Notes: generated by a model not told the origin, from the sequence alone. A stretch of 59,175 nt of DNA, filler included, from 6 parts of 6 records of this genome joined end to end with filler, not necessarily neighbours in it; one strand, 5' to 3'. Shown: positions 1-12,861, numbered from the whole stretch's first letter. Made by a program: numbers and translations.

Positions 1-1
1 G

Positions 2-520
2 CGGCGGTGGATCACGGTGCTGGCGCGCCGCCCCGAGGTTGGCTCGGACACCGAGGGTGAGATGCTGGAGGAGGTGTCCATGCGGTACAAGGGTGACGTG
101 GAGACGGGCCAGCCCATACAGCCCGGTGAGGACGAGACATCATCCGCCGTGCACGGGTTCGGCGACATTCCCGCGCCCAACCAGCCGTCACCCGATCTCA
201 GCACTGGTTCTAATTCATCCGCGCGGTCATCATTGAAGCGATTGTTCCGCGCCAAGACCAAGGAGCGGAGCCTGCCCACCTCCGGTGTCTCCCCCGACTT
301 CCCGCCGGTGCAGACTATGCGTCAACCGTCGACCGCATCCAGCGTCTCGGGGATGGGTCTTGTCACCATCGAGGTTCTCCACGTGTCACCGCCTTCCGCC
401 CGGCCCCTGGATCCGCGCAATGTTGTCCGCGTCCCCACCACCATTCGCGCCAAGGTGGGCGGTCGGTCAGTGGTGGTTCCAGTCAGTCATCGCATCGTGG
501 CGATCCACGAAAATAAATAA
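2..520 (+). CDS. 3' end of an unknown eukaryotic protein (Ser/Pro-rich, low complexity), truncated by the window edge
   Basis: Open frame from the window start to TAA at 518-520, converging on the ankyrin gene 77 bp away; no recognisable domain. Confidence 0.4.
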   Translation, partial: RRWITVLARRPEVGSDTEGEMLEEVSMRYKGDVETGQPIQPGEDETSSAVHGFGDIPAPNQPSPDLSTGSNSSARSSLKRLFRAKTKERSLPTSGVSPDFPPVQTMRQPSTASSVSGMGLVTIEVLHVSPPSARPLDPRNVVRVPTTIRAKVGGRSVVVPVSHRIVAIHENK

Positions 521-596
521 ACACATTGCCATCAGCACACTGGTGCAACACCCTTGGGGTTGCTGAATGATAGCAGCATTGCATGCCGCATGAGTC

Positions 597-1562
597 TCAG
601 CGCGGCTTCAGTCGGAGGAGGGAGCGGCGTGCGTAGGGCTTGTACTCGGACCGCAGCCTCACGGTGCCACCCGACCCAGCCATTGTTAGCAAGGCAATGT
701 GTTGCACCACATCGTACGGCAGAATGTCAAAGACGCCGACCGCGCGCTCCGGATCCACACAGGCGCCGTCCGTTCCGCCCCGTAGGCTCTTGCGTCGACG
801 GCTGGGGGCCATTTCACACTCTGGGGTCATCCGTCTCGCGATGATGAGGGCATGCACCGTGTATTGGGGTATGTGTGTGGTCAGGAGGGTGTGTGTGGCC
901 TCGTCTCCATTCCTCTTCGCAAGGGCCGCGGCTGTCTGGCCATACTGCGCCACAAAGTCAGGTTGAATCCAAGAAGGCCCACAACGTCCTGAGTTGACGG
1001 GGGGTGGACACAATCCTACCTGCCCGACTGCACAGCGGTTCGCCCCGCGGTCCAGCAACACCATTACGATCTCGGTCCGTCCATAGGCGGAAGCCGCCAT
1101 CAGTGGGGTGAAGCCGTCCTCCCCCACGGTGTCCGTCGGGGCACCGTAGTCTAGCAGCATCTCCACCGTCGCCGCGCCGTCCCTGTTCCATGAACACGCC
1201 ACGTTCAGTGCGTAGGGACCCCCCCGGGCCTCTTGCGTGAACAGCGGGGTGGGCTGGAGACTCAACAGGTACTGGACCACAGCCGGGTCAGTGCAGAACT
1301 CCGCGGCCAACAGCAGTGCACTCCGCGCCTGTAGGAGAGGTTATGACCACGGCGTTAGAGTGATGAAAAGGGCACGCACCTGAGGAAACGGGCACACAGG
1401 GACGGCGGAGGCCACGGTGGCCAGGGAGGGGTCCGAGCCCCAGCTCTCTCTGAAGAGGTAGTTGTACGGAGTAAGGCTGTTTGCGTCGGCAGTGCCGCTG
1501 TGTGACTGCGTGGTGGGCGCGAACAGATCCGAGCTCAAGCTATCCATCTTGAAGCGAAGCAT
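597..1562 (-). CDS. Ankyrin-repeat protein (spliced; start codon uncertain)
   Basis: Ankyrin motifs GPYALNVAC...TVEMLLDYGA, DGFTPLMAASAYGRTEIVMVLLDRGAN and YGQTAAALA; predicted GT-AG introns at 1329-1379 and 945-1019 (in frame). Confidence 0.75.
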
Positions 1563-1689
1563 GGCTGGGTCTTCCCCGCGCTCAGTGCGGGGCGGGCGGG
1601 CGGGCCTGTCTTTCATTTTTGTGTCGCCCGGACCAACACCGTCCGTCGTCCGCCCGTGTGAAGGCCGGGTGTGACGCTGCCCATACTTA

Positions 1690-2350
1690 TTAACGCCGCC
1701 CGCCCGGCCCCCAACGGAACGCGCAGTGAGGCGCGGTTTGCGGAACGGCGCGCCGGCGGGCCGGGGGCCGGCGGGCGTCCCGCCGGCCGCGGCCGGGAAT
1801 GGGCCGCCGTCGACAGCGGGCCGCCGCCCGGCCGCCGGGCCCGTGCCAGGCTCGCCGTCGCGCGTCACCCGGCCGTTCCGGGACGGCCGCCCGCCGCCCG
1901 GCCCGTCCGCCGGCGCCCCCGCGAGAGTCTCCGGGCTCCACCCGGCGCCGAGGCCAACTGAACCGTCCGATCCGGCCCGTGCCGGCCGGCCGCCTCGCGC
2001 GGGGGTAGCCGAACCGGTCCTCCTGAGTTTGGACGATGCCATGCACGCCGGCAGTGCGCCTGCTCAGCTCCCATGATCGCGGAGACGGCGGGTCATCAGC
2101 CGCCGTAGTGCCGCGGGCCGGCCGGGCGCGGCCGTGGTGCCTGGGTGAGTGGGTTAGTTTGTTTGGTTTCCGCGGCGGCCCGCCGGGGCCCGCTGGCCAC
2201 GCCCCCGGCTGACCCGGCGCCCCCACAGACTGGCCGGGCAGCAGCGGGCCAGCCCGGGCCCGTCGCGGAAACTTGGACGTCAAACTGAGCGGGCCATGGC
2301 TGGCCCGGCGGGCCCACTGACTCGCCGCTTGAGACCCGTCCGGTCGCGAC
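1690..2350. promoter_or_regulatory. GC/CpG-rich island between divergent genes (putative bidirectional promoter)
   Basis: Almost pure G/C tract between the 5' ends of the ankyrin (-) and coiled-coil (+) genes; ACTGACTC at 2316-2323. Confidence 0.45.
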
Positions 2351-2458
2351 TAGTAGGACCACCACTGAGGCAACCGAGCCCGGCTGTACCAGTCCGCCAC
2401 TCAAGAAAGGCACACATAAATATGTATAGCTATGCACCCGTTGGAGGCCTTCCAAGCG

Positions 2459-5400
2459 ATGGAGAGGACGCCAACTCACTCCCCCCTTCGGGCCGCACGT
2501 TCGCCGCCGGGCTGGGACGTGGAGGCAGCGACCGGGCGTCTGGACGACGTGGTCAGGTCGTTCACCAAGGCACGCCAGGTCATCAGGAGGGTCAAGGCCT
2601 CGCCCCGCGTCTTCCTAGTATGACTCATGTCAGCGTGGTGGGCGCGGCTGACAGCTGACGACTGTGCAGCGCGGTAATACAGGGCGCGCGGATAGCAACT
2701 ACATGAGCCTTCCTGAGTGGGAGGACGTGATCACTAGCGCTTGTGGTGAGATTGGCCTCAGCTCCGATAACGTCAAAGTGATCCAGGTATGTTAACGCCT
2801 CCAAGCTTCGCACCTGCGTTGCGCACGGAGATGGGCTGACGCGGCGAGACTACAGGTTTCATTGCCTCCGCGCCCTCCCGGTGGAAGCCCAAACCGTTCA
2901 GGGGATGATGACTATGCCGGACAGCTTGTTGCTGAGCGAGAAAAGAATATTATCCTGCGTAAACTCAATATGCTGTTTGAGCTAGCAATGGTACCGTTAG
3001 CCTGGCGAGGATGGATTGGAGGACTGATCAGTCGGCGGTGCAGGAGAAGGCCTCGGTGGACCTCACAGAGGCGGTGATGGGCGCACAGCGCAGTGTGCAT
3101 CTGGTGCAGCACGACAACACCAGGCTGAAGGCGCGCCTGCATGAAGTCGAGGGCCGGCTGGGCACCACGCACAGCCCGCCCGGAGAGCTGCCGGAGGGGT
3201 TATCCGCCAAAGGCGTGAAGATGGAGGCGCTGGTGAAGTACTATGAGATGCTGAAGCAGGCTAAGGAGAGGTGTGCTATCCAGTGGGGGGGGGGGGACTC
3301 TGACTGACGGACTCTGACTGACGGTGTGTCTCAGGGAGCTCTTGGAGGTATTGCAGAGGTTTGAGGCTGTGGTGGAGGAGAAAGACTCTGTTATTGCGGA
3401 GATGTCTGCACGCATCGAGGCGCTCAGCGGGCACGCGGCAGCCGAAGAGAGGATGCGACAGGAAGTCGATGCCTCCCGGGAGAACACTGCCCGTGTCGAG
3501 GCCGAACTGGCGGCGGCGCGCCAGTCCCTAGTGGCTTTACAAGGGCGGATCGGAGAGCTGGAGGAAGAGTCAGACCGGGCGCGCGAGATGGATCAGATGG
3601 TGGGCGAGCTCCAGCAGAGGTATCAGGCAAGCGAGGAAGACGGCCGGGCCTTGCGGCGGGACGTGGATGACAAGATGCTGGAGGTGGAGATGCTCCGGTC
3701 GGAACTGAAAACAGTGCAGGATGCGGCGTGGAGCTCCCAGAACCAGTAGGGGCGGAAGGGTGGCTGGGTTGGTAAGAGTTGCTGAGTCTTTTTCAATAGG
3801 ATGGACCGCACCAAGACGACTATAGAGGACCTATATGGAATCGTGGAGGCACGTAAGCAGGAAGTCATAGCAGAGAAGTCCAAGAATACCCAGCTGGCCG
3901 CACTGTACGAGGAGGCTGTGGCCAACGCGACCGCGATGGAGAGCGAACTCCAAGCCGAGTCCCGGGCCCTTCGCAGGGTGAGTAGGCATGTCTATTCAAA
4001 GATGGATCATCTCTGACGGCCCGCTCCAGTCAGTGGAAGAGCTGAAGTCCGAGCTCGAGAAGCAGTCACGTGAGCACTGGGATCAGCTGAGCGAGCACGC
4101 CAAGGCCATGGCAGCCCATGAAGGCACGGCCGCTGACCTTGCCCATCACCGTGACCTGCTGGAGCAAGTCGCCGCCAAAGCAAGGGAGGTGCGGACAGAT
4201 GTGATGCGCCTGGGCGGACCGACCGAAATCGAATCATCGCAAGCAAACCCGGGCACGCCCGCAGGGCCCCATGAGGCGCTTAGGGAGCTCAGTGTACTGC
4301 ACGGGCACCTTCGTGCGCGCATCCACATCATCACTAGTCACTTGGCCGAGAAGGATAGTGACACCGCCAAGCTCGACCACCTGCGTTCCCAGTTGCAGAC
4401 CGAAGCCGACACAGGCGCGGAACTTAGAGAGAAGTTGCAGGAATTCACAAAGGTATTACGGGACCGAGAGGACGAAAAGTTGGCGGCCGAACTCCGCGCC
4501 AAATCACTGGTGGACAGGGTTGATTCACTTGAGGCTAGCCTTCAGCGGGCCACCACCGCCCATGGCCATGCCACGGAGAGAATTGAGACTCTGTCCGGAC
4601 AGCTCGCCAAGGCGACTAAGGAGGGCGACCGGCATTCCAAGGACCTTATTGAAGCCCGCGAGGAGAAGTCCGAGCTGGCACAACGTGTTGGCGAGCTGGA
4701 GGCGAAGGTCAGCAGCTTGGATGCAAGCGTTCATGAAGGCGAGGCCATGATTGCGCAATTGAACAAAGACCACAGCTCAACGGAGGCACAGTTAAGGGAA
4801 CATAACCTTCAACTCCAGCAGGACCTTGTCAAGAGCGAGGGTGATGTTGCGGCATATCGGCGGAAGCTTGAAGGCCAGGAGGCGGACATTCTTGCTAAGC
4901 TCTCCGCCAGTGAATCGCGATGCCGCGAGCTGGAGGCTGACCTGGAGCGGAAGGATGGCAAGGTCCAGTCTAGCAAGGAAGACGTGGACAGAATGGCCAA
5001 TGAAGTCAAGTCTTCACGCTCCCAGCTTGCCAGCGTCCAGGATTTGCTCAATAGCGCTCGAGAATCTCTGGACACAGCCCGCAAGGAACAGGAGCGCATG
5101 TCTCAAGATACGACGAGGCTCCGTGAAGAAACCAACGCTTCGCAGAGGCGCGCGGAGGTGGCGGCGAAAGAGTTGTCTCAGTGCAAGGAAGAGCTCGAGC
5201 GGAGCAAGAATGCTTTGCGTGATGAGGTGGCTGCTTCGGAGGATAAGGCGAATGCTGCCAGTGGCATGGCGTCGACACTGCAGGAGGAACTCAATCGGGC
5301 CCTCAGCGATCTTCGGTCGGCCCGTGAGGAGGCGGCCACGTGGAAGGCGGAGTGCAACAACCTCCGCACCAAGCTCGGCAAGCTACAGAAAGATGCACAA

Positions 5401-6847
5401 GAGCATGAGAACTCAGCTGATGAGCAGCGTGTGTGCGTCCTTGAGCTCGAGGGTCTCTGTGATCAACTTCGTGATCATGCGTCCAAGGCCGACGCCGAGG
5501 TGAAGAAGAAGGATACCGAACTGAAGGAAATGCAATCGCGGCTCGAGAAGTCCCTGGCGTCAGAGGCCGAGGCGCGGGAGGAACTCCACACGATCCAGGT
5601 GGCGCACCAATCCAGCATCGTTGAGCTGCAGAAGAACTCGGCGGACATTGGCGCACTGAAGGCCGATGTTGCGGAGGCCAAGGTGCAGATGAGCGTCAAA
5701 GACCGCAGCCTTAGTGAGAAGGACGAGGAGATACGGCGCCTGCGCACTGCGGTGGACAGCACGAGCCAGGCCGAGGACAGGGTGGGATCGATGAAGGCCC
5801 AAATAAGCACGTTGAAAAATGATTTGGCGAAGGTATGCCCGCATTATCTAACGTGAAAGCGACTGGATTTAAACTCTTTTTTGTTCAGGAACGCTCCAGC
5901 AATGAAAAACTAAGAGAGGAGATCCAGGATCTGAATGCGCGCCTGAAAGAGGCAGATACGCGAGTGGAGCAACTCAGTGAACAGGCAACCGATACTAGGT
6001 GAGAAAAACGTTGAAGCAACCGGAGACTTCGTCCTGGCTGAGATGGGTGCAGGGCTCATCTAGAAAAGGAACGGAAGGGATGGGAGGCCGCAATTGCCGA
6101 GCTCCGACAGAGCAAAGCGATTCGTGATAAGGCGATGGAGGTACGGGGCGGCCACGGATTCATTCATTCCGGGGGGTGTCTTACTTTTGCGAACAGCAAT
6201 CTTTTCGTGACAGAGATGCTGGCCGCATTGCTGAGCTGGAGAAGATGGTGGAGAACCTCACCAAAGAGCTCGACGAATCTCTGGAGGCGGAAGATTCCCG
6301 CCAGGCTCAGATGCAGGGAATGATAGACGAAGTCAAGCGCGCGGGCGAGAGTGCCGCTGAAGCCCAGCGCGAATTGACTGCAGAGTCCGAGCGCAGTCGA
6401 AAATTGGCCGAGGAGCTGGAGCGCGTTCAGACTGCAATACGCATGGCTGGTGCAAAGTCAAGTGACCTCGAGGCTTCGCAGGATGAACTCAACGGAAAGC
6501 TTGAGGAGGCCCAGGCCAGATACTCGAGGGTGAAAACAGAAAATGAGACTTTGGTCGGGCAACTGGAGGACAAGAACCGTAGTCTTAAAGAGCTGGAGGG
6601 CGCCATATTTGCCCTTGATGAGGAGAAATCCGAAGTAGTCAGGTGAGGGGAAGGTGTGTGGGGATGTTGGCGCACTAACCGGCTAGAATTTGTCAGAATG
6701 ATGGAGGCTAAGCACAAGAATGATATTGCAACTTTGAGCAAGGAACTGGAGGCGCTCAAAGCCAATGGCGACGAGGTGGTCACTAGCGGCACCAGCAGTG
6801 CCCACCCTTTGCGGAAGCAGCGGACATTCAACACGGAGTACATATAG
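2459..6847 (+). CDS. Large multi-exon coiled-coil protein
   Basis: Successive E/K/L/A-rich heptad ORFs (2862, 3011, 3324, 3801, 3988, 6176, 6656) joined by short GT-AG introns, e.g. 2991-3031, 3271-3334, 6643-6686; the 5' exons are tentative. Confidence 0.7.
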
Positions 6848-7096
6848 CAAATAATATTCTGGTTCTAATCGCTAGTATATGGCTCGGTCATATGAGTTAG
6901 ATTCAGCCTGTCCTCAGTAGGCCTATCAACGCAGCGATAATCAGTTTCTCCAAGAAACGGGTTATCAACATCTGGCGTCTTTCAGGCTCTTTAGACGGGG
7001 CGCATCCCTCCCACAGTCCATGCATCCTTCCTCACCGCAATGCTATGCGCTGAAGGCCGATAATGCCGGCGGTATTACTAGAGCCTTGGCATAGAC

Positions 7097-8953
7097 TCAG
7101 ACCCACCTCCTTCCTACCCTCCCCTCCGCCCCCCGGTCCCTCCTAGTCGCTCCTCCACGTTTTTCACGTCGTGGGCGCGTCTCGGAGTTACGAGAGGCCG
7201 GGGTCTCCGGGCGAGCACCAGAACTCAAAATCTTAAGGTATGTCGGAGTGGCCTTCTTCCCGTAGGAGGCCTCCAGCTGGTCCAGGAACGCACGCTCGGA
7301 CATGGCCAAGTACTCGCGCGGCTCCACACCAAACGGTCTGCCCCTGCGTTGCTCCATCACTTTCACACACTTGTAGCGTGGTTGCAGGCGTGTCACAAGA
7401 CTCAAAGTCAGCAGCCGAGGCTCATCGAGCAGCGTCCTCGTACTTATGCCGACGTTTCTCATCAGGAACTCCGCCTTGCGGTTCTCCACACCTCCGGTGA
7501 CAACCACTGCTGGGTACCTGTACAGGAGATCCCGCAGCTCCGGCCGACTAAGGCGCAGCCGATTGATCAGGATGCTCATGCGGCGTGCCATGTCATCGGC
7601 GGGCACCTCCATCAGGCGGGGCTCTCTCTTGAGCACCCTCAGGACCCAATTGTACGAGCACTGGTAGCGCCAGAAATTTTTCACAACCTTTTCTATGTTA
7701 GCGAGTGTTGTGTCTGCGAAGAGGTGGGAGCGGTATCCCCGGTTCATGATGGCCCATATATCGGAGTCACTTGCTTCCAACGAGTCCCGCAGAAACTCGC
7801 TCACTTCCGCACAGTGGAGACGTTTCTCCAGCGTGTCCTTTTCCGAGTCAAAGTACTTTTCCATTAGAGTGCTCAGCCTTGCCCTCTCATTGAAACTCAT
7901 GCTACCCTTGGCAACATGAGCTCGGGTTTCCTTCATACGTAAACCATAGTACGACTCATATTCCTTGTCAGGCTTTGTGCTATATACCCATCTGTTGCTA
8001 TTACCAAAGCGCGCCAAAAGCAGTTTTCTAAACTCGTCCTCGGAACACCTGAAGTATTCCAGCTTCGAGGCCCCCCAGAGCTGATGTCTGTCCTCCATCA
8101 TGGTCACGAAGTCATACCTGGGCTTCAGCTGAAGCTCCTCGTCGAGGAGAAGCAGGTCGGGGTACTGAATCACTTCGCTGCGAGACAGCTTCACAACATC
8201 TATTAGGTACCTCATCTTGGCATGCACACCGTCCGTGTGTGCTAACATGGGCTCTCGAAACAAAAGGTCCGTCACCGTCGAGCGGTTCTCCCCTAACGCC
8301 TGGACTAGCTTCTTGACACGCACGTGGAGGGTCTCGGGGTTGCACCTCAGAAACTCGGGGCACCTCCGCAGCACATCCAGCACCTGTGGATCTGTCCAGC
8401 CCCTCCTTCGCAGGAACTCCAGTGTCCCATACAACCGCTCATAAGTCACGATCCCTTGCCCGACGATACTCCTTGCGTCCTCCTTGGTGGCCTGCAGCTC
8501 CTTCCGCAGGCACTGGCTGACCGCCTCCCGCAGTTTCACCAGTGCTTCGGCTCTGGCAGAGTCCTTATCCATCTCCGGCAACGCCGACTCCTTGACACCC
8601 CCAGCATGGGCGGACCACCGTCCACTGCTGCCGCTCCCTGCCGCTTCGTCTACGGGGATGACACCGTCCTTCACCGAGGGATGAGCCCCATCACTATCCC
8701 CGAGTGCATCCGCGGCGTCGCCAAACCTTTCCGGTGCGGCGTGCCCGGGACGCTCGGTGGACAATCCTCGAAACAGTGAGAGCGCCCAGCCCCTATAGAA
8801 GGCCATCCCGCCACAAGACCTCGGCAAGCCATGGAGCCCTCCCTGCGTTCGCGTGACGTCACGTCTCACGGTCAGCACAGCATGACCTTGACGCGAAAAC
8901 GACAAGAGCTCGGGATTCGCCGCTTGAAAAAGCCGGCCAGTTGAGCGAAGCAT
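7097..8953 (-). CDS. mTERF-family protein with organelle transit-peptide-like N-terminus
   Basis: mTERF-like repeats VLRRCPEFL, EVIQYPDLLLLDEELQLKPRYDFV, VLKREPRLM and TLLDEPRLLTLSLVTRLQPRY; Arg/Ser-rich N-terminus from ATG 8953; no introns. Confidence 0.75.
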   Translation of the reverse strand: MLRSTGRLFQAANPELLSFSRQGHAVLTVRRDVTRTQGGLHGLPRSCGGMAFYRGWALSLFRGLSTERPGHAAPERFGDAADALGDSDGAHPSVKDGVIPVDEAAGSGSSGRWSAHAGGVKESALPEMDKDSARAEALVKLREAVSQCLRKELQATKEDARSIVGQGIVTYERLYGTLEFLRRRGWTDPQVLDVLRRCPEFLRCNPETLHVRVKKLVQALGENRSTVTDLLFREPMLAHTDGVHAKMRYLIDVVKLSRSEVIQYPDLLLLDEELQLKPRYDFVTMMEDRHQLWGASKLEYFRCSEDEFRKLLLARFGNSNRWVYSTKPDKEYESYYGLRMKETRAHVAKGSMSFNERARLSTLMEKYFDSEKDTLEKRLHCAEVSEFLRDSLEASDSDIWAIMNRGYRSHLFADTTLANIEKVVKNFWRYQCSYNWVLRVLKREPRLMEVPADDMARRMSILINRLRLSRPELRDLLYRYPAVVVTGGVENRKAEFLMRNVGISTRTLLDEPRLLTLSLVTRLQPRYKCVKVMEQRRGRPFGVEPREYLAMSERAFLDQLEASYGKKATPTYLKILSSGARPETPASRNSETRPRREKRGGATRRDRGAEGRVGRRWV

Positions 8954-9089
8954 CACTGGCAGGGGCGGACTCGGGTTAGTGCGGCAGTAGGCCAGGTAAG
9001 GTGTGGTGCCGATGATTCCGAGGAGGAGGCACACACCAAATTAAAAATAAATTTCTTGCTGTGCGGCTGTGGGTCGGATAGCAACCTGA

Positions 9090-10110
9090 CCGGCCGGTCG
9101 GACCCAGGCAGGGTCGCTGGTTGGCGAGGCCGGCCTGCCGAGCGGGCTCAGCCTCTTTTCGGGGCCCGTACTGCGGCCCAGTGTCGGGGCCCGCCCGGAC
9201 GGCGGGGGCCGCCGCCCTCCGGGGCTCTGTGAGCGGGGCGACTCAGTCCAGCCGGCGGGGCGGCACGAACCCGCTGGGCGCCGGCGGCCGGGGGTGGGCC
9301 GTCCTGGCTCGACTGAGGCGCCCTCCGGCTCCGTCCCCGTCACTGACCCCGCCCCGGGCGGCCGGCCCCCGGGCGGCCGGCCGGCCCCCCCGGCCGGGGC
9401 GGGGGGCCGCGGCGCGGCCGCCGGCCGGTGGCGCCCGGCCGCCGCGGGGCTCGCGCCTGCCGGGCCCGCCGGGCGCGGCCCCGCGGCGGCGGGGCCCCCG
9501 GGCAGGCTGGGTCAGCCCCGGAGTCGGGCCGGGCCGGCCCGTGCGGGCCGGCCCCCCCACGAGTCAGTCTCGGTCTCAAACGGGATGTGGTCTCTAAAAT
9601 TCCTCAAGAAATGCCTGGAGTTTACGATATGTCGCTTAGTAACGAACATCGTGTAGGTTGCCTTGACGGATGACACGGTGACCGCATGAGCGCCCCACCG
9701 GACACCAGGCTGGCTACGCGACAGTTCAATCGGCGGTCGTCGTCCCCACGCTCGAGTGACCACAACCGCCGGGGTCGTTCGAGTGCGCTCCACCGCTCCC
9801 ATGATGGGCATCTGGCCGGCGGACGAGCCGGCCCGGCTGACCTCTGATGAACTGAACGATCGCACTGAGTCCGGTCAGTCTGCCGGTCACTGACAACACG
9901 ACGGACCGCTCTCGTCCCTGAATGGTTCCGGTTGAGGCCTGCCAGTGCCGTGGGCCTCCACTCCAGACTCAATGGACGAAGCAGTGCGGTGCATGAGGGA
10001 AGATCGGTAGGTAGGCCGGGCCGCCGCCTGCCCGCGCCGGCAGGAGACCGGAGGAGCACCAAGGCCAGGTAGTCCTCTCCCCGCCGCCGCTGCCGGCCGC
10101 ACGGCCCAAC
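9090..10110. promoter_or_regulatory. GC/CpG-rich island(s) between the divergent mTERF and phosphatase genes
   Basis: Extreme GC core at about 9260-9560 flanked by GACTCAGT (9240) and GAGTCAGT (9561); ACTGAGTC at 9864. Confidence 0.45.
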
Positions 10111-10184
10111 TCGTTTATATTCACGCACCTCTCATAAGGCTATCGGTTCATATCAGTTGTGGGCCTAACGTTTCGTGAAAGGGG

Positions 10185-12861
10185 ATGGCGCCGTGTGCAG
10201 GCCGGAAGGCCGTTTTTGTTGCGGTCTATATAGTGCTGTCCATGGTGGTCCTCTCAGACACCATGTCTATTCCGGAACAAGGGGCCGCGGAAGCTCCCGG
10301 CCCACGGGTAATCATCGACGATGAGACCCCCGACGACGATTCGGATACGGTTGAAAATCCGTTCTACGAAGATGACGAGGAGGTCGTGAATAATCCGCAC
10401 TTTGAGGATGAGCCAGGAAGGAATGGAGAGGAGAACGACGAGAGTGTCCACCTTGACGACGACACCTCCTCTACGACCTCCTCTGACGACAGCTTGTCAA
10501 GCTCCTTGGAGTCTATGGCGGACGACTGGGAAGTGCATGAGTTTGTGGACGACGACGACCCTATTGTATATACGGTGGCCGCCTCCGGGGATACCCATGG
10601 GGATACCACCGCCATGATGAACGTGGTGCGTGCTTCGAAACTGTTTCGTGTCGAAGGCGACGCTGAGGACGTTGAGGGGGTCGAGTTCGAGTGGATTGGA
10701 CGGCCCTCTGATCGCCTAGTGCTGACCGGTGACTACGTCGACCGCGGACCCAACTCATATGGGGTGTTGATGCTGGTGCAAAAGCTCGAGAAGGCTGGAG
10801 GTGTAACACCCAAAAACGAGAAGCGAGTGGTGGCGCTCCTTGGTAACCATGAAATCACTAATTTGATCAACACGGACAGAGTCGTCAGATCATATGCTGG
10901 CTGGGTGCACCCATTGGAACTGAAAAACTATGCCCCGTATCAGGAGTGTGTGGGTGGAGCCCGCGTCGATGAGGCAAAGAAAGACGATAGGCTGCGGGCG
11001 ATTGACACTTACTGGGAGAAGTATGAAGAGTGCAAGGCGCAGATTGAACAACAAGGCGGAAATGCGCACCAAATGTTGAATGCAATGCCGTTTCAAAGGA
11101 GTCTGCTCGGCTCCTTAAGAAGAGCTCTCGGATCTTCAGAATCACTCAGCAGCTGCCCGCCATTCAGTGCCTTGGGATGGGGAGAACAGAGACTTGTAGG
11201 GGAGGCATTGGCTATATACGAGAACAGCTGGAGTATGAAGTGTGACTTTGGTGCCTGGCTTCGTTCACACGATGCGATTGCCAAGATCGGCGACGCCGTC
11301 TACATGCACGCCGGACTAAAGGGTCAGCTGCTTCGGTCCGAATGCCTTGTAACTCACGAGAATCAGGCCATTTCCGTGGTGAACTCAGTGATTCGGAGGG
11401 CACTCACGGGTGAAGATATGGACGAATCTGAGGAGGATTGTGCACAAGCTCTGTTGTCAAACTCAGGGGTGGTGTGGTGGAGGCCCATCCGTGTTGCTAT
11501 ACAGAACCCCTTCAAGGCAGAAGAAGTGGCCGATGATATCAAAGAAGGACTGGCGCAGACTGGCTCCAACCGCATGGTGGTGGGTCATGACATCCACTCG
11601 GATCGTGACTACATCACCTTCACTGAAAAAATGTACAGTTCCAATCTTCAGAAACTCGTGCCCCACACCATCCTCATTGGGATCGATATTGGCCAGAGCC
11701 ATTATATTTCCGAGTACGGCAATGTGTATGGCCCCCCCGGAAAGGCTGACAAGTCCAGGGCTTCTGTCCTGTTGACCAACTACCACCAGTCACGTGCAGT
11801 TACCGTGAGACAATACTACACTGTCAACGGGAAGCCTGAATATTATCACCAATGGGATAGGATCGAGCCAGAGGAACTGGACAAAGATGGCTTGCTTGGT
11901 TTTGAAGATGAACCGGAAGAAGAGGTCGTGCCTCTACCTCTCAATATAGAGGTGGACCCTATTCGAGAGGCACCTAAGCCCTCCGAGCGCGAGATGCCGT
12001 CCACGCCCGCCGCCGAGAGCCCTGCTAATCCTCAAGAAGATCTGTGGAACAAGAGGGCACCCTTCATGAAGGACCTCAAGAATCTGGTAAGGCCCTAAGG
12101 TTTGGTTGTCGTTCCCTGGGATTGACCATTGGCATGCAGAAACAAAAGGCGAATCTTCTGATGGATTGTCACGGTGATGACTGCGACGACTGTGAAATTT
12201 TGGACAAGCTTAGGGACAGCTTGCACGTCCGGGCATGGAGGGAAAGCACGTGGGTGTCTGATGTGAATGTGCTGATGTGGGAATTGACACGGCGCATCAT
12301 TGAAGGGGGACTTGCTGCGAATGGGATGGGGTTCGGTGCAACGATGAAGGCAGAGTGGAAGGTCTTCACCTGGCCGGACAGGGCCTGAATGGAGTGGTTC
12401 CTTCTGTCATAGTTTTGCTTGAGCACCTGAGGGTCCTGTGAGTATGAGGTTGAACACAATGATGCAGTCTCTGAACCTCGGTTGGAATGCAGGGACCTCA
12501 GTAAGAACTTACTGGAGGGCGGATTCCCTCTTGCAGTATTCGGGTTGGATAATCTTCAGATGTTGAATTTGTCCCATAACCAGTTCAAGGGAGAGATCCC
12601 GAACATCTGGTATCTCCTCAGTCACCTCCAACTAGTGTAAGTGTCTGGCTGCATAGTGCTGAGATTGTTCCTAACGCTACCTGACACAGGAACGTGTCCA
12701 GCAATAAGCTGACTGGAGATATTGCTGACCTTGGATTGGAAATGCTCCAACTAAGACATCTTGACTTGTCATTCAATCCTATCAGTGGGCGAGCGCCGAG
12801 CGCGCTTCTGGATGAGTTGAAAGACAACTTCTGGCATTATAGCACTTCCATTTCTGATTGA
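10185..12861 (+). CDS. Secreted Shewanella-like (Shelph) PPP-family phosphatase fused to a plant-type LRR cap and LRRs (predicted 819 aa, 5 exons)
   Basis: Signal peptide; motifs GDTHG, GDYVDRG, GNHE, HAG, VVGH and IDIG. In-frame introns 12087-12139, 12250-12305, 12438-12492 and 12637-12689 extend the ORF into CCEWDGVRCNDEGRVEGLHLAGQGLNGVVP and repeats such as LQMLNLSHNQFKGEIP; stop at 12859-12861. Confidence 0.75.

Noticed and set aside
1671-2283. Many overlapping Pro/Arg/Gly/Ala-rich ORFs in the GC islands (also near 9041-9673, 18346-19137, 34362-34884, 36003-36431, 40973-41586)
   Set aside because: Stop codons are rare in near-pure GC sequence; the ORFs occur in all frames and contain no domain motifs.
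3285-3322. G12 run plus a 14-bp tandem duplication (GGACTCTGACTGAC x2)
   Set aside because: It lies inside a predicted intron (3271-3334) and is probably a local slippage duplication.
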